This document shows positions 49,686-62,500 of a stretch of 64,000 nt of DNA, piece after piece. How positions within the stretch are numbered: position 1 is the first letter of the stretch; the number at the start of each line of letters is the position of its first letter. Under the pieces are notes generated by a model that was not told the DNA's origin, searched no databases, and saw only the letters and a program-made list of their open reading frames with translations. Origin of the DNA: Takakia lepidozioides (lineage: Eukaryota; Plantae; Bryophyta); the NCBI GenBank assembly GCA_030704615.1, contig CM060734.1, positions 40,610,001 to 40,674,000 on the forward strand. Reading direction: 5' to 3'. The translations under genes and the position numbers were made by a program.

Positions 49686-50869
49686 TTAACCACAGTGCAA
49701 GAACCAAATGACAAGTACGGGCACTAGAAGCATTCGTGTCATTTACCACTGGGGTAACGACTCATTTTGAGTCGTAAAAGTCAAAAAACAGGGATCGACT
49801 GGAAGTTACAACAGACCAGTTACAACAGATGTGGTAGTTGGGTTGGACATCCAATGATTGGAGTGGTAAAGGACGTAGACGCGCGAACAACTGCTCAGCG
49901 ATTAATGCGATTAATGCTGAAGAACCACGTGGCGTAACCAGGCGGGCCGCCCGTGTGTCTGATGTTTTGAGCTGACTTTGACTTTTCCCTCCGGATGAGT
50001 GGACTGACTCACCTGGGGCGCGGTGACACATGGACGCGGACGTGGATGCGGACGTGGATGCCGATGTGGCGACGCCGCGACGAGCGGTAATGCCGCCGCG
50101 TGGCCACGGGCTCAAGACGCCACATCGCAGTCGGCCACATAACTTGGAGTGCTGCATGTCACGTGGCAACAGCCACTGGCGAAGTCGACTGCACAACTGC
50201 CGGCAGACGAATCCACGGGGACCACGTGGAGAGTGTGTGGGTCGACGCGTGGCGTCGTCCCCACGCAATGGCAGTGAGGGGTACGACTGCTAGTGGAAAG
50301 ACGCAGAGTGCTTGTGCCATCTCGGGACTGCTTTGGCCAACTCCGCTGCCACTATGCTAGTTGGTTGCACTACAGTAGGAAAGCACTGCAAATGAGCACT
50401 TGTAGTGGTTTGTGTGAGTTGTCCAACTGACTTGCATTCTAAGCTGAAAATATGGTTCTGATGCATTCTACTGGTTTTAGTGGTTCACCCATATGCAGGG
50501 GGAATTGAGAAGCAATGATACTGGGCGATACTCAGAACACAGACCACGATGCATGCACAACATCACGCTAATGAACCAAATAGACGAGGCAACAGGGAGA
50601 CCAAAGACCATCACACATACACATAGAAGGTGGACGGACACGACGACAAGTCAGGAAATGAAATATTGCATTCAAATTGGAGACCGTCACGGCACACCTG
50701 CATATGAGCAAGACTAGATGCCAACATACATTGTTGCCGGACATCACTTAAACTGTCATGGCCCAAATGTACAAAACTGGTAACGTGAGTATCATACACA
50801 CTTCTATGAGTATCATTACACACCCAACAGGGACTACAAACATGAAATGTCACTTGATACCTTCACCCC

Positions 50870-53800
50870 TCCTCATACTCTTCTCTGGCCACAGAGTCAC
50901 CGTGCCTTTCACGTGCGCTAGCGTGGTCTAGGGGGGGGGCATCGTCCACATTTGGGCAAGACAATGTAACACTTGGAAGCATGATCTCGTGGACTTTCAC
51001 CTTGTACCACCCGGATGGAATGTCCTTGCAGTGGAACTTGTCACCCCGGCTATTCCCACCACTTCCGCCTTGGCGGCGGCTGTCTTTGACCGCTTGTCAT
51101 GGGGGTTCAGGAGAAACACAGGATCTGATATCTGCAGACACCAACATCAGGGTCCACTCAGCAACAAACATAGCAATGACAGGGTTGAAAGTCAAGCGCA
51201 GCTGGGCATGGAAACGATCTTGGTTGCCACAATACTGAATCAGTAGCAAATTCATGGTGTACCAACCTACCTTGAAGCGAAGCTCGTCGCTGAGGGTGGC
51301 AACTGAGGAAAGCTGCCCACGTGTCTTCAACTGCAGCAGCAAAAAGAGGTTTAGTCAGACGGATAAGAATAACATGAACTCTGGTGGTTGCAATGGTATA
51401 AACACACCTCCACGGAGCAAGCTAATACTCTACACCCTGCTCAGACCGTGCACACTATAACCTCCTGGCAAAAATAACCCTACTAAAAACCAGCCAGGCA
51501 AAGCAAGGAGCCATGAATGCATGCCTGGGGAACCACGTCCTGCTGCGGATGATGGTGCCGGGACAGCCCACTCCTCTTGATCACCTGCAATGAATACACA
51601 TTGCAACGCTTCAGGAAGTGTATCCATAAAGGAAACCAACCAAGTAAGTTTGCGGAGAGGGGCTGGGAACAACCATACCTTGGAGCCTGCCTCCTCATGC
51701 CGGGGGGGGAATCCGGAATGCTGCCGCCGTAGCACTATGGTCCTTGGCGCAGGACCCACCTTCTTCACAGACAACCCCACTGCCACTCCCTGTACATGTG
51801 GTCCCTGCAAACATATAGTGCCAGCCTTGCGTGAGAGGGGCATCCGGGGGGAACAAAACAAACATATCTTTTGGTTTCGATGTCATGTTGCAAACAAGTA
51901 GGTTAGTTTCACCTGCATGGGCGCAGAAGTACTTCCCCCAACGACCCCATCCTCTCCCCACATTCAAGCTGCCATCGGGGTCAGCTTCCGCGTGCTTGTG
52001 AAGACACGCACATCCTTGGAGCAAAACAAATCTTGGCAGTAGGGCCAGACTGTTTCTAAAAGGTACTCTGAATCGGGCCCCTCACTAACATTGCTAGTGA
52101 CATCAAATGACAATGGATGGACCATGTTCAAAGGGGAGTTCCCCCTCCCTTGTGTGGTGAATCATCCACTAGGAGGGTGTTGGATTCGTTAAATCCAGAA
52201 AATTCCGACCACACCCTCGACAGTCTCTTCTGTAAGTTCATACGGCAGGCCCTTTTGTGGAGTGTGGCTCTGTCAAGGGGTCACACTCCTCTTGTGACCA
52301 CACAAAGAGGGAGAACCCTTGACCCCCTGCATCACCACTTTGAAGATGTCTGCAACATTCCCCTTGGAAGCACAGGACCATATCCCCACGTAGAAATGCC
52401 GGAAGAGAAGGTTTAAAAACTCGCAGACCTAGGGCCTTGGGAAAACATACTTGTTGGTGGTCAACACCCATGGCCAATGACGCCTCGGGTTGGGCTGAAA
52501 GTTAGGAATAGAGTGGCACAGGATCCCGTTCAGGTCTAGAACAATTAGTTTCGACTTTTCTATGAATGAGCTTTTGAAGGGGTGTCACGGGGTCTCACAC
52601 TCAGTGGGTTGGGAGACAACAGTCACCCCAGAGGGCAAAGTTTCGGTCCCCCTGCAGCCTGGACCAGGCAAACTACCACCTCTCCCCCTACAGCTTCCCC
52701 TTTTCCCTTGATAGAATGAGCAATGACCCCCCATCGTCCATGTCATCCCCACCAACTCGCTGGACCTCTCCCTCTTCAACGAGTGGACCCTGCCCCCCCA
52801 CTGTGAATATCATCAACAACAGGCTGGACCTCTATCACATCCCTACCACTACAATTACTTCTCCTTCTCAGGTACAATGGTCGCAGCAAGGGGGTCTTCC
52901 ATAATGCCACCCGTCACACCCCCTTTTTGCCTCATCATGAGTTCCACTATCTTCTTCAGTTGTGCTTCCATTCCCCTCTCCCGCTCCGCAGAGAGAGCCG
53001 CAAGCCTCTCCAGGGCCCCCGATGGCGGGCTGCCATTGAGTTCCCCGCTCCCTACGCATACAAACACCCACCCGTACTATTAAAACCAGAAGAAGAGCCG
53101 AATGTGCAGGATTTCAGGCATTCGGAGATGGCTGGGTTTGGCATAACACCCCTCGTGTACCATGCGTGGGGCCCCACATACCCACCAAATCTTAGTACAA
53201 CAACAGATTCATGAATGGAAACCGGACTTCAAAACATACCTGGCTCAAAACAGACTCTGATGGGGTGCCAGGCGCATAGTTCTTTTGCTCTCGCCCCGAG
53301 CCATCGACAGTGACGGGCTCCGCACTTTGGCGTCTTTTCTGTATTTGCCATCCACACACTGTCATTACAAAAATGCCAGAGCATATGGACAAAGCATTGC
53401 CCTGCATATCACATAACAACATAATTCTGGCACAAGCAATAAAACCCACTCGTGGGTGTCTCTTCCATCAGAACATGCCACAACGTAGGAGCAATGAGAA
53501 GGGGGTGAGGAGATTACCAAACGGGGCTGCTTGGCCTGCAACTCCTGCCCGGCCCCAACGCGAGGGGTTCGTGACACAAGCACGCGCTTGCTTCATCCCT
53601 TCAGCCTTTGCAAGTCCACGAGGGGACTCCAGTAGGCAACAAGCTTATCCCAATAGGCGGGTTCAGTGTTCATTGGCCTCACACCAGTCTTTGCCCATTT
53701 ATCTTTCAGTTTTGCTCTTTCTCCTTTCATTATCTTCCCACATTGCTTCACTATAAAATCACGATTGGCAGGGATAGGTCTGTACTCGTACATTCCATTT

Positions 53801-54350
53801 ATGCCCTCTATTACTGTTGACATGGCACTCTGGGACTGCTGGTCAATGTCTTGTACGCTTGAGTCAAGGTAACGCAATGCCAGGCCACGCAAATCACGCT
53901 GCCAGTGTTCCTTACCTTCGCAGCCAACATTGATGACTCCATTTCCATGCACCTCCACCTTGTGGCGCTTTAGCCCTGCAGCCACCCTTCCCTCTCCATC
54001 TCCTTCCCATTGTTTCATGGCATGGCGTCGTTCCTTCCTCAGCTCTGATGTCCGTTTCCTGCCCCATGCTCTGGAGCAGCGCCGTCATACGTTGTGGGGG
54101 GTGACTGATGTGTGCCGGAGGGGGGAGGGCCGTATGGAGATGTGGGAGGCCCCCATTGTGACGTGCAGCATCAGGAAGCCAGCGCCACGACCCCGAAGCA
54201 GGGGGGGCTCCCCATGGTGCACTCTGTTGTGGAGACCATGCGGCAGGGGGTGGGTGCCAAGGTTGGTGTTGGTTGGCATTGTGTGGTGGCTGTGAGTGCT
54301 TTGCTGCAGCTTCACTCCCCTTCCGCTGCCAAAAACATCCCACACACAAG
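50870..54350 (-). pseudogene. CACTA TnpA-like gene (Ptta/En-Spm-type region plus Tnp1-like C-terminal domain), frameshifted
   Basis: KGERAKLKDKW...PAYWDKLVAYWS (53593-54018); last exon VFLLNPHD...KFHCKDIPSGWYKVKVHEIM...KGTVTLWPE (about 51130-50870). Confidence 0.7.
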
Positions 54351-54789
54351 GTGCATCAGCTGTAGTCCTACTGAACACAACGTCACCAGAGCACAAACGA
54401 TCCCACAACCACAACTATGGATTGGCTGACCTCAAACCCACTCCCCTGCAGCGCAAGTGCCAAAAACTGAAAAGGAGAGGGACAGAATGTCCTCATAACA
54501 TGTAAGGCCATTCATTGGTGAAGAAACATAATGTGGGCGGGTTCACATCAGTACCATCATACACACTTACCAGGAAACAGAACATCCATCTGGGTTTTGC
54601 ACATAGGGAGTGGACATCTATTCACACAATCAGCAAATGGCTGTATGGCGGAGCCCAGCATCGGAGCCCCAAAAGGCCTAAAGACTCTCAATGTTTAAAC
54701 ACAGGTGCAGACATTCAATTGATAGCTTGGATATCCGGTGGTCTGTATGGTGATAGCACCCGGGCAGTGAGTCAGACAATGACCCTATG

Positions 54790-55737
54790 ACGTTGGTAGT
54801 AAGACTTACCTTCGTATAAAGCATTGATCCGGGTTTTCCAGATACTAGAAATCCCTTCACACAAGCATCAATCTGTGTGTGATTTGCCCAAAAACTAGCC
54901 TCAGGAGGGCCTGGGCTTTTGGCTCAGCCTCGAGTCTTTCAAAGTTGGTAAACAGGGGTACAGGCACAATTCCCTTGATAGAATTGAAGAGAGCGTCTCA
55001 CCCGGACAGCGTATCAGAAAATGAATACTGTCTTCAGATTGCCCACACAACGGACAATTGCACTCTCCCTTTCCGATCTGCTTCTGTTTGCTGTTCAAAG
55101 GTAGGCTTCCTGCCCTGAGTTTAAATTTCAGTCTAGTGCCGAGAGTGGGTGGACCCTTCAGGTCATCCAAGATGTCCCCCCATGTCACTGACTGGAAACA
55201 AGTTCAGGGAAGTTCTCTGCCTAACTTCATTTTCATCAGACAATCTCATGGCAAAGACATGGCTTCAGACACTACAGCCTGTAAGGCAGATTTATCCAGC
55301 AGGGTCAAGACTTGCGGATCCAGGTCCAGGTCCTTGAGAATCTTTTCTACTCTCTTCTGCCAGGACTTAGTCTGTTTGACAGGGCGGTCCTGTTTCCAAG
55401 ATTTAGAGTCGATTTAGGATATCTGGTGTTGGGCATATGTTGCAGCTGACCCCACCATCTGACCTTGAATTCATCTCGTCGGGAGCTTAAGGATGGGATG
55501 CCAAACTCACCCCCGAACAGCCACATTGGCTGTTTTCTCCATGCTGACATACACTCCTTAAGCACCCCCACTTGAATGGATTCTAGAGACTTAGCCTGGT
55601 TGGAGTTATCAACCCATATAGCAGATCCGTACTCCAAGGCAGGTCTAATAACGCGACAAAGCATGGTTTTCTTAACCTCAGAGATGACCCTCTGCAGTGG
55701 AAAATTTAGTGAGCCCCAGAGCTTTGCCCTTGCCAGT
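54790..55737 (-). mobile_element. LINE 3' fragment (RT thumb plus zinc finger)
   Basis: VIRPALEYGSAIW...LESIQ...GEFGIPSLSSRR; KLRAGSLPL...CPLCGQSEDSIHFLIRCP. Confidence 0.85.
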
Positions 55738-55849
55738 TTGAACAACTTTCCGTATATGTGCATCCCAATTACAATTGGAGGAAAACTCAACGCCTAGGTA
55801 AGTGTAGGAAGGGAGGACCGGGATCTCTTGGCTACCCCCTGCCACTTAA

Positions 55850-57026
55850 GATCACTTCCTCCCTCTCCTCTGTCGTTGATTGCTACCACTGCACATTTCT
55901 GCCTAACTTCATTTTCTGCCCAATCACATCTCCTCTACGCTGATGATGTTGCCCTTTTGGCACAATCCCGGTCTTTCTGCAACGCCATCTCTAAATTTTG
56001 GAACAGTTCTGCAAAGACTATGGGATGCAAGTCAATCTTAGCAAGACCAAGATCATGGTCTTCAATGGCCAGGCTGATCGTAGATTCATCTTCAACCAGC
56101 AGGAAATTGAGATTGTCAAATCATACCGGTACCTAGGTCTGGTTATCCACTCCCCCAAGTTTCACTTTGCAGCCACTGCCTTGGACAGATTGACTAAAGG
56201 TAAGGCGGCCTCGTCCGCCTTCGCCAAATGCAAGCAAATACATGTGCGGCATCCCCCGACCAAAAAGTGTCTGTTTGACACCGTCGTCAGCCCTGCTACC
56301 ATCTATGGTTGTGAGTTCTGGGCACCTGGTGTCCCTGTCTCCTGGTGGGAAAAGATTTTGGAACCATTACAGTCATCTTTTCTCCAAGCAATGCTTGGCG
56401 CCAGGAGCACAACTCCCTCTCAGATCCTAGGTGCAGAGTTCGCATGTGTACCATTGCAATCCGAGGCACAGTTCAGGCTTACAATCTGTGAGGAATAGAT
56501 TGCAGGCCCTTCCACCCAAAGGGCTAGTGGCAAGGGCCCTCACAACATCTATGAGGCTCAAAGCTGCAGGTTTCGGGAACTCCTGGTATGCTCGAGTGGA
56601 CAGTTTATTTCAACGTAACGGACTTTCTACTACTTTCCTATTACCAATGAACCCAGATGAGGTGGACATCACATCCACACATGACCGCAACAGACTCATT
56701 CGGAGAGAGCTTATGGAATTACATGTGAAGAGAACTTGGATGCTACCCAATCTCACAACAAAGCTCCACTTCTATCGAGAGACATTCTTGGTGCTCCGCG
56801 ATGATAGAATCTTGAGACCAAATTACCTTTCAGCACCCTTAGCTCCTTCCCTCTGAGGGCATTGGGGCAGTTCAGGGTGGGTTCCCACAACCTACGGATA
56901 GAGACTGGCAGATGGGAAAACCTGCAACGGGAGGACCGCCTATGTCCAGCTTGCATAGGGCGCAGCAAGGAAATTGAAACTGAAGAACACTTCTTCTTCT
57001 ACTGCCCTCTATACTACGAGATCCGA
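55850..57026 (+). mobile_element. LINE fragment (RT C-terminus plus zinc finger), second family
   Basis: HLLYADDVALLA; VNLSKTKIMVF; YRYLG; YGCEFW; FRVGSHNLRIETGRW...RLCPAC...ETEEHFFFYCPLY. Confidence 0.9.
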
Positions 57027-57118
57027 TTGAACAACTTTATGGATATGTGCATCCCAGTTTCAGTTTCAGGAGAACTCAACGCCCATAGAACATGAACAGA
57101 AGTAGGGGTAGAACTCAC

Positions 57119-57418
57119 CTCATGCGCAGCGGGTTTGTGCCGTTTGCGCACCTTTTGGAGAGACTCTGCAGATGGAGGTGCAATTTCCGCCGAACTGTCC
57201 TCCACCTCATCGTCGTCGCCCATGCTATAGTCGCTTGTGTCAAAATCCGAACTGGAAGACCGCCCACTGCTCTGCCTTCCCTCTCGCACCGACGCCATCT
57301 GTACCAGATTCAGTCGAGCCAGGCGGGGGCTCCTTCGCACCGCGGGGCTGGAATGTGCACAAGTGGGAGGAGGTGATGCTGCCTCGGCGGTCGACCGCTT
57401 CTTACTAGGCGTGGACAT
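57119..57418 (-). CDS. Putative first coding exon of the TnpA-like gene (RRSPRL motif, acidic patch)
   Basis: MSTPSKKR...VRRSPRLARL...DDDEVED...HE followed by the strong donor GTGAGT; same strand as, and upstream of, the TnpA-like exons. Confidence 0.45.
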
Positions 57419-58019
57419 AGACCATGACAAAGATGAAGACGAGCGAGGACATAGACCATGAGCAAGACAAAGACGAGCGAGGAAGACCAAGACATGCAAA
57501 GGAGGAAAGAAGGACAAGGAGGGGAGTGTGATCACACACCCCCCGAGCTCAAGGTGAAGATCCGGCCGTTGTTGATTTCAAATATGAACACGTGTCGTGC
57601 ATCCGACACTATGGCCTTTTCGACTTTGAGACGTTAAACCCTAAACCACTTACAGTCCTCCAGACAAACTAGATGTAGTGATTCACACAACTGACATTTG
57701 GTTGGCCTGTTATGCAGGCTTGTTCTGTAATCTCCAGTGGACAACAGTTTCTTTGTTTCTTTCATTTTTTGTAATGCTTGAACAGTTCATATCCTCAATG
57801 TCTTATTGCGGTCCAGGCTTCAAGCAAATGAGAGGTAGTCCTGGTAGGATGGTCAATGTCCTTAAAAGCGGCCTTGTCTATTATCCATCCAAAAACTAAA
57901 GGTCTCATCTATCATGGTTAATATATGCTTGGATAAGAAAATGACTCGGTATGCGGGGAGGGTTACCTCGACTCACTAGCTGATCTAGCACAATTGACAC
58001 CAAGCCCTTGACACGGTTT

Positions 58020-58160
58020 TCATGTGCATGTCAGCATGCTCCAAAACAGCCAATGTGGCTGTTCGGGGCGAGTTTGGCATTCGTTCCTTAAGCTCCCGAC
58101 GACATAAATTCAAGGTCAGATGGTGGGGCCAGTTGCAACAATGAACCGATATTAGCCTTG
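58020..58160 (+). mobile_element. Short LINE fragment, same family as 54790-55737
   Basis: CMSACSKTANVAVRGEFGIRSLSSRRHKFKVRWWGQLQ. Confidence 0.8.
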
Positions 58161-58327
58161 AGTAGTTCTGACTCTTTGTGGCCCTTCTATGGTTATTTGT
58201 TTGTTGTTCTACTCCTTGTGGCCCTTTAGGAATCCCACAGACGTGATACACATATCTCTTTCCTCACTTTCGGTCCTTCACTGACTACCAGAAATGTCAC
58301 ACCGTATGTCTGCATCTGAAACTTTTC

Positions 58328-58905
58328 ACCTTTGAGACAACATTCTGCAGCACGCTCTGCTAGCTTCACATTGCCATGTATTCTGCAGGCACCAAGTAAA
58401 GCCCCACACTAAAGCATCTGGTTTAATTGGCATTGTTGATGAAATTCTCCGCCTCATCCAAGCGCCCTGCACGGCCAAGAAGGTCAACCATGCAGCCAAA
58501 ATGTTTTCTGTTGGAATGATTCTATTATCACACACAACAGATTGATGCTTGTGTGAAGGGTTTTCTAGAGGATATCTGGAAAACCCGGATTAATTCCTTA
58601 TATGATGGTAAGTCTTACTACCACCGTCAGCCCCTGACGGAGGTAGGTTCTGTTCCTTTGTTCCCGCTCAAACTGGGCGCAGGGTCAATGGCCACAAGGC
58701 TACGGCATACAACGTCTTATGAGTACAATCTATAATCTCTACTCATAGAATGGAAATAGTGTTGTCCTTCATCTACTAGGCCCATATGGCTGCATGCAGA
58801 CAGAACTGCAATGAGTGTAACATCATTTGGCTTCACCCCTTGCTGTTTCAAAACTTGGTTGAAAAGTTGCAGAGCATCTTTGCCATGCCCTTGCTGAGAA
58901 TATCC
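58328..58905 (-). pseudogene. Captured PLS-class PPR gene fragment (P2-L2-S2-E1) in two pieces
   Basis: 58905-58728 GYSQQGHGKDALQLF...GVKPNDVTLIAVLSACSHMGLVDEGQHYFHSM; 58520-58328 HFGCMVDLLGRAGRLDEAENFI.MPIKPDALVWG.LLGACRIHGNVKLAERAAE. Confidence 0.88.
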
Positions 58906-59549
58906 GAAGACCTGCTTGCCCTCTTCTACAGCTGGGCACAGGGAGTGTCGTTGAGGCTGAAAAGGGGAAATTTGACCAGGTCATATCCGTTTGTGTTACT
59001 TCGAAGGTGTGGGCCAGCCTGCCAGAAGGTCAAAACAGGTGCATGCTGACATATGAAAGTCTGGCGTCGTGGAGATTGTTGGCTGTGAGGTGGGGATGGG
59101 GTTATCATCTTTCCTGGTAAATGAAGATATGATTGACATATCTCCTCTCCCATAAACTGTCACATTTCCTATAGGAAGTTCTTGTGACGCCCTTGACATG
59201 CTGTTGATGTGAATGAAAGCAGGCTGCAGTAGCAACAATGGAGAATTCAGGGTGTTTGGATTGGGGCAGAGCATACCATGGAAGAGAACAAGGGGCCCAA
59301 TAGTTCGTGCAGTTGGGGGAGTTGATGTATGTACTTCCCCACACGGCCTTTGCCTCTCTTCACCATCTGTACCGAAGGTGCATAGATGGAACAAATCTCC
59401 AGTCTTTTGGTGTGCTCTTGTAATTCTGATATGCCCATAGACCCACTTCTCTCTCCTGTCTGTCTTGAGTTCCCCAACAAAAATGAGTTCCCCTCGCCCA
59501 TGCGGAGGACTTCCAATTAATCACCCCTGTAGACAGAACGGATGACAGG

Positions 59550-62500
59550 TTGTGGGAAAGAGAAGTGGCACGTGCCCGAGCCCTTGGGCTTTCAAGGATG
59601 CCATGCCCATGTGAACGTTGTTTGGGCACTACAAGTAGATCTGAGGACGGTGTGCGCACACATCTCCTTCACCACAAAAGACATGAAGCATTTCGGGTGT
59701 GGATTGGAGATGGACCTGCAGACGAAGACGATGAGGAGTGGGCACAATTGGACAATGCACACCCCGAGGGAGAGCCATACAGACAGGCCAGACGAGGACT
59801 ATGTCATGGGCGCAGGACAGGAACCAGGCATGGACGGAGGGGTGGAGATTACTCGAATGTTGCAGGAAGCATTCCACATCATGGACGATGCTGAAGAGGG
59901 GGACGGCGCTGCGACAACTGGGGATGGTGATGACGCAGGAAATGAAGGCATTCACGTGGGGGAAGGCGTGGAAGGAGGTGGAGATGGAAATGAGAATTCT
60001 GCACACATGACACTAGAAGAAGCATGTGTGCCACTGTACGAGGGATGCAAATCCACAAAGCTTGCTGCCAGCATGCTGTTGATGAACCTGTGCACAACCC
60101 ACGGTGTGTCAGACCATTTTGTGGACGAGTTGTTCTCTTTGCTTCGGCTGAACTTGCTTCCACAACCAAATGAAATGCCAAAAAGCTGTCACATGGCCAA
60201 CAAAATGATTGGGAAGCTCGGCCTCAACTACGTGAAAATACATGCATGTCCAAAAGGACATGTACTTTTCAGAAGAGAGTACAAGGACGCTATGGAGTGC
60301 CCCAAATGCGGTGCAGCCCGATACCATGATGTGGGCAGGTTACAACAGCCAGCCAAGGTGTTGAGGCACTTTCCCTTATCCCCCGTCTATTACGAATGTA
60401 CAAATGCAAGACCATTAGTGAGCTCATGACTTGGCATTCCAGGAATGCCTCAAACGATGGTTTGGTAAGGCATGTCCCAGATTCCCTTGCATGGAAGCAT
60501 ATAGATGCAACTTGGCCCGATTTCGCCGAGGACCCACGCAATGTGCGATTGGCTGTATCTACGGATGGAGTAAACCCATACGGATCAAAGAGTTGCACAT
60601 GGTCCACATGGCCCGTGCAGTTGGTGGCATACAACCTGCCACCATGGTGACAACAAAGAAATTCTTTGTCATGTTGTCTCTCTTGATTCCAGGCAAGGAG
60701 TCCGTGACAAATGCAAACATAGATGTGTATTTGCAACCATTGATTGAAGAGCTACAGGAACTATGGATTGGAGTTGAAGCTTACGACATTTTGAAACCAG
60801 TAGGGCAACGGAGTTTCACCCTCCGTGCCATACTCATGTGGTCAATCCACGATTTCCCCGCATATGGCCTTGTTGCGGGTTGCAAGACGAAGGGCTACAA
60901 AGGGTGCCCCATTTGTGGGCCCTATGTGGATTCACGGCACTCAAAGCCATTAGGGAAGACAATATACATGGGGCATCGACGTTACCTTGCAAGAAACCAC
61001 CCCTACCGACGAGCAGGCCGGCACTTCAATGGATGTGTTGAAAAGAGAATGGCACCAAATGCTGTGACACCGGAGGAGACATTGCAATTTGCAAAGGAGA
61101 AAGAGGCGTTCATGGAGATTGGAGGGAGAGAAGGAAGTAGTGCGGATCCAGCCATGTCGCACGGGGTGAAGCGCCGGACAATCCTTTGGGATTTGCCATA
61201 CTGGAAGGTGCATGAATCCCCCCCCCCCCATTCACTCACTTTCTTTCACATTGTGCTTCCTGGAATTACCTTTACTGTCAGGAGTCCTTCCACCAACTCC
61301 TAAGTCAGTGTAACTACTATGCAGTAGATGTTGAAGTCGTACACCTCACTGTGTAGAGGATCGTGCAGTTGTTGAAAGCAGAATGTAGTAACATGGACAA
61401 CTTCTGCCACATATTCTACTATTTTTGCCCATAGAACTTGGTCTCATGGGAGGACATTTGGCATTTCAGAAACCTCTTGCAGCGGTACCTCCTGGACCCC
61501 ATGCATTGTGAGAAGAACTTCTGCGAGAACATTCTGAAGACTATCTTTGGGGAGAAGGATACGATAAACGTACGAAAGGACATGGAGATTGAAGGGATAC
61601 GGTCACATCTGTGGCTAAGGCCTGATCCAAATAGACCAGGCAAAGTGCTCATGCCAGCAGCATCATACGTCCTGACCAAATCAGAGCAAGAGGAATTTTT
61701 GAAGACATTGGGAGCCATGAAAGTGCCAACCGGATTCTCGGGTGCTTTCCAAAAGCATGCCATAAACAAGAAATGGTCGGGGATGAAGTCACATGATCTA
61801 CACGTGATGATGCAGCAGATTTTGCCAGTGTGCATTCGGGGTACGATGGCGTCGGGTCCTCGAACAGCCATAATGCGTGTAAGTCGAGTGTTAGGAAGAT
61901 TTGTGCGAAGGTGTGGGATCCGAGGGACATTACATCGCTGCATGAGGATGTGGCTGTGACCCTATGTTTGCTGGAGAAAGAATTCCCTCCATCATTCTTT
62001 GACGTCATGACGCACTTGCTAGTGCATCTTGTAGAGGAGCTGCATGTGTGTGGGCCCGTAGCCAGCCGTTGGATGTACCCCATGGAGAGGTACATGAAGG
62101 ATCTGAAGGGGTATGTACGCAACATGGCACGGCCAGAGGGGAGTATGGCGGAGGGCTACATCCGCGACGAAGCCCTGGGCTTCATGACAGAGTATATGTC
62201 TTCATTTGATGCAATACAACGACGGGTGTGGGACGAGAACGGAAGAAGGAGTTGTAGGCGAGGTCCTAGAAGGTGGTGGAACAAAGCGTGCCATGAGCCC
62301 GCGCCTTCGGGATGTGGCACATGATTATGTGCTGAACAACACAACAACCATGACACCATGGAGACAGTGGGTGTAAACTTTACATCCCTCCTGTGCTATT
62401 CTTAATGGTCTTTGTATGCATGAATTACATATATATTGTCACAAGTCATTCCGGCCACTATGGGAGTGGGATCGTGTGTAACAGGGTGCTTCAGACGACA

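Noticed and set aside
50368-50407. Tiny CACTACA...TGTAGTG element or alternative CACTA terminus
   Set aside because: Only a 7-bp inverted match with no matching 3-bp TSD; likely chance, though not excluded as a terminus.
57055-57070. CAGTTT repeats as a LINE tail
   Set aside because: They lie inside the duplicated 58-bp segment; the LINE piece ends earlier, at about 57026.
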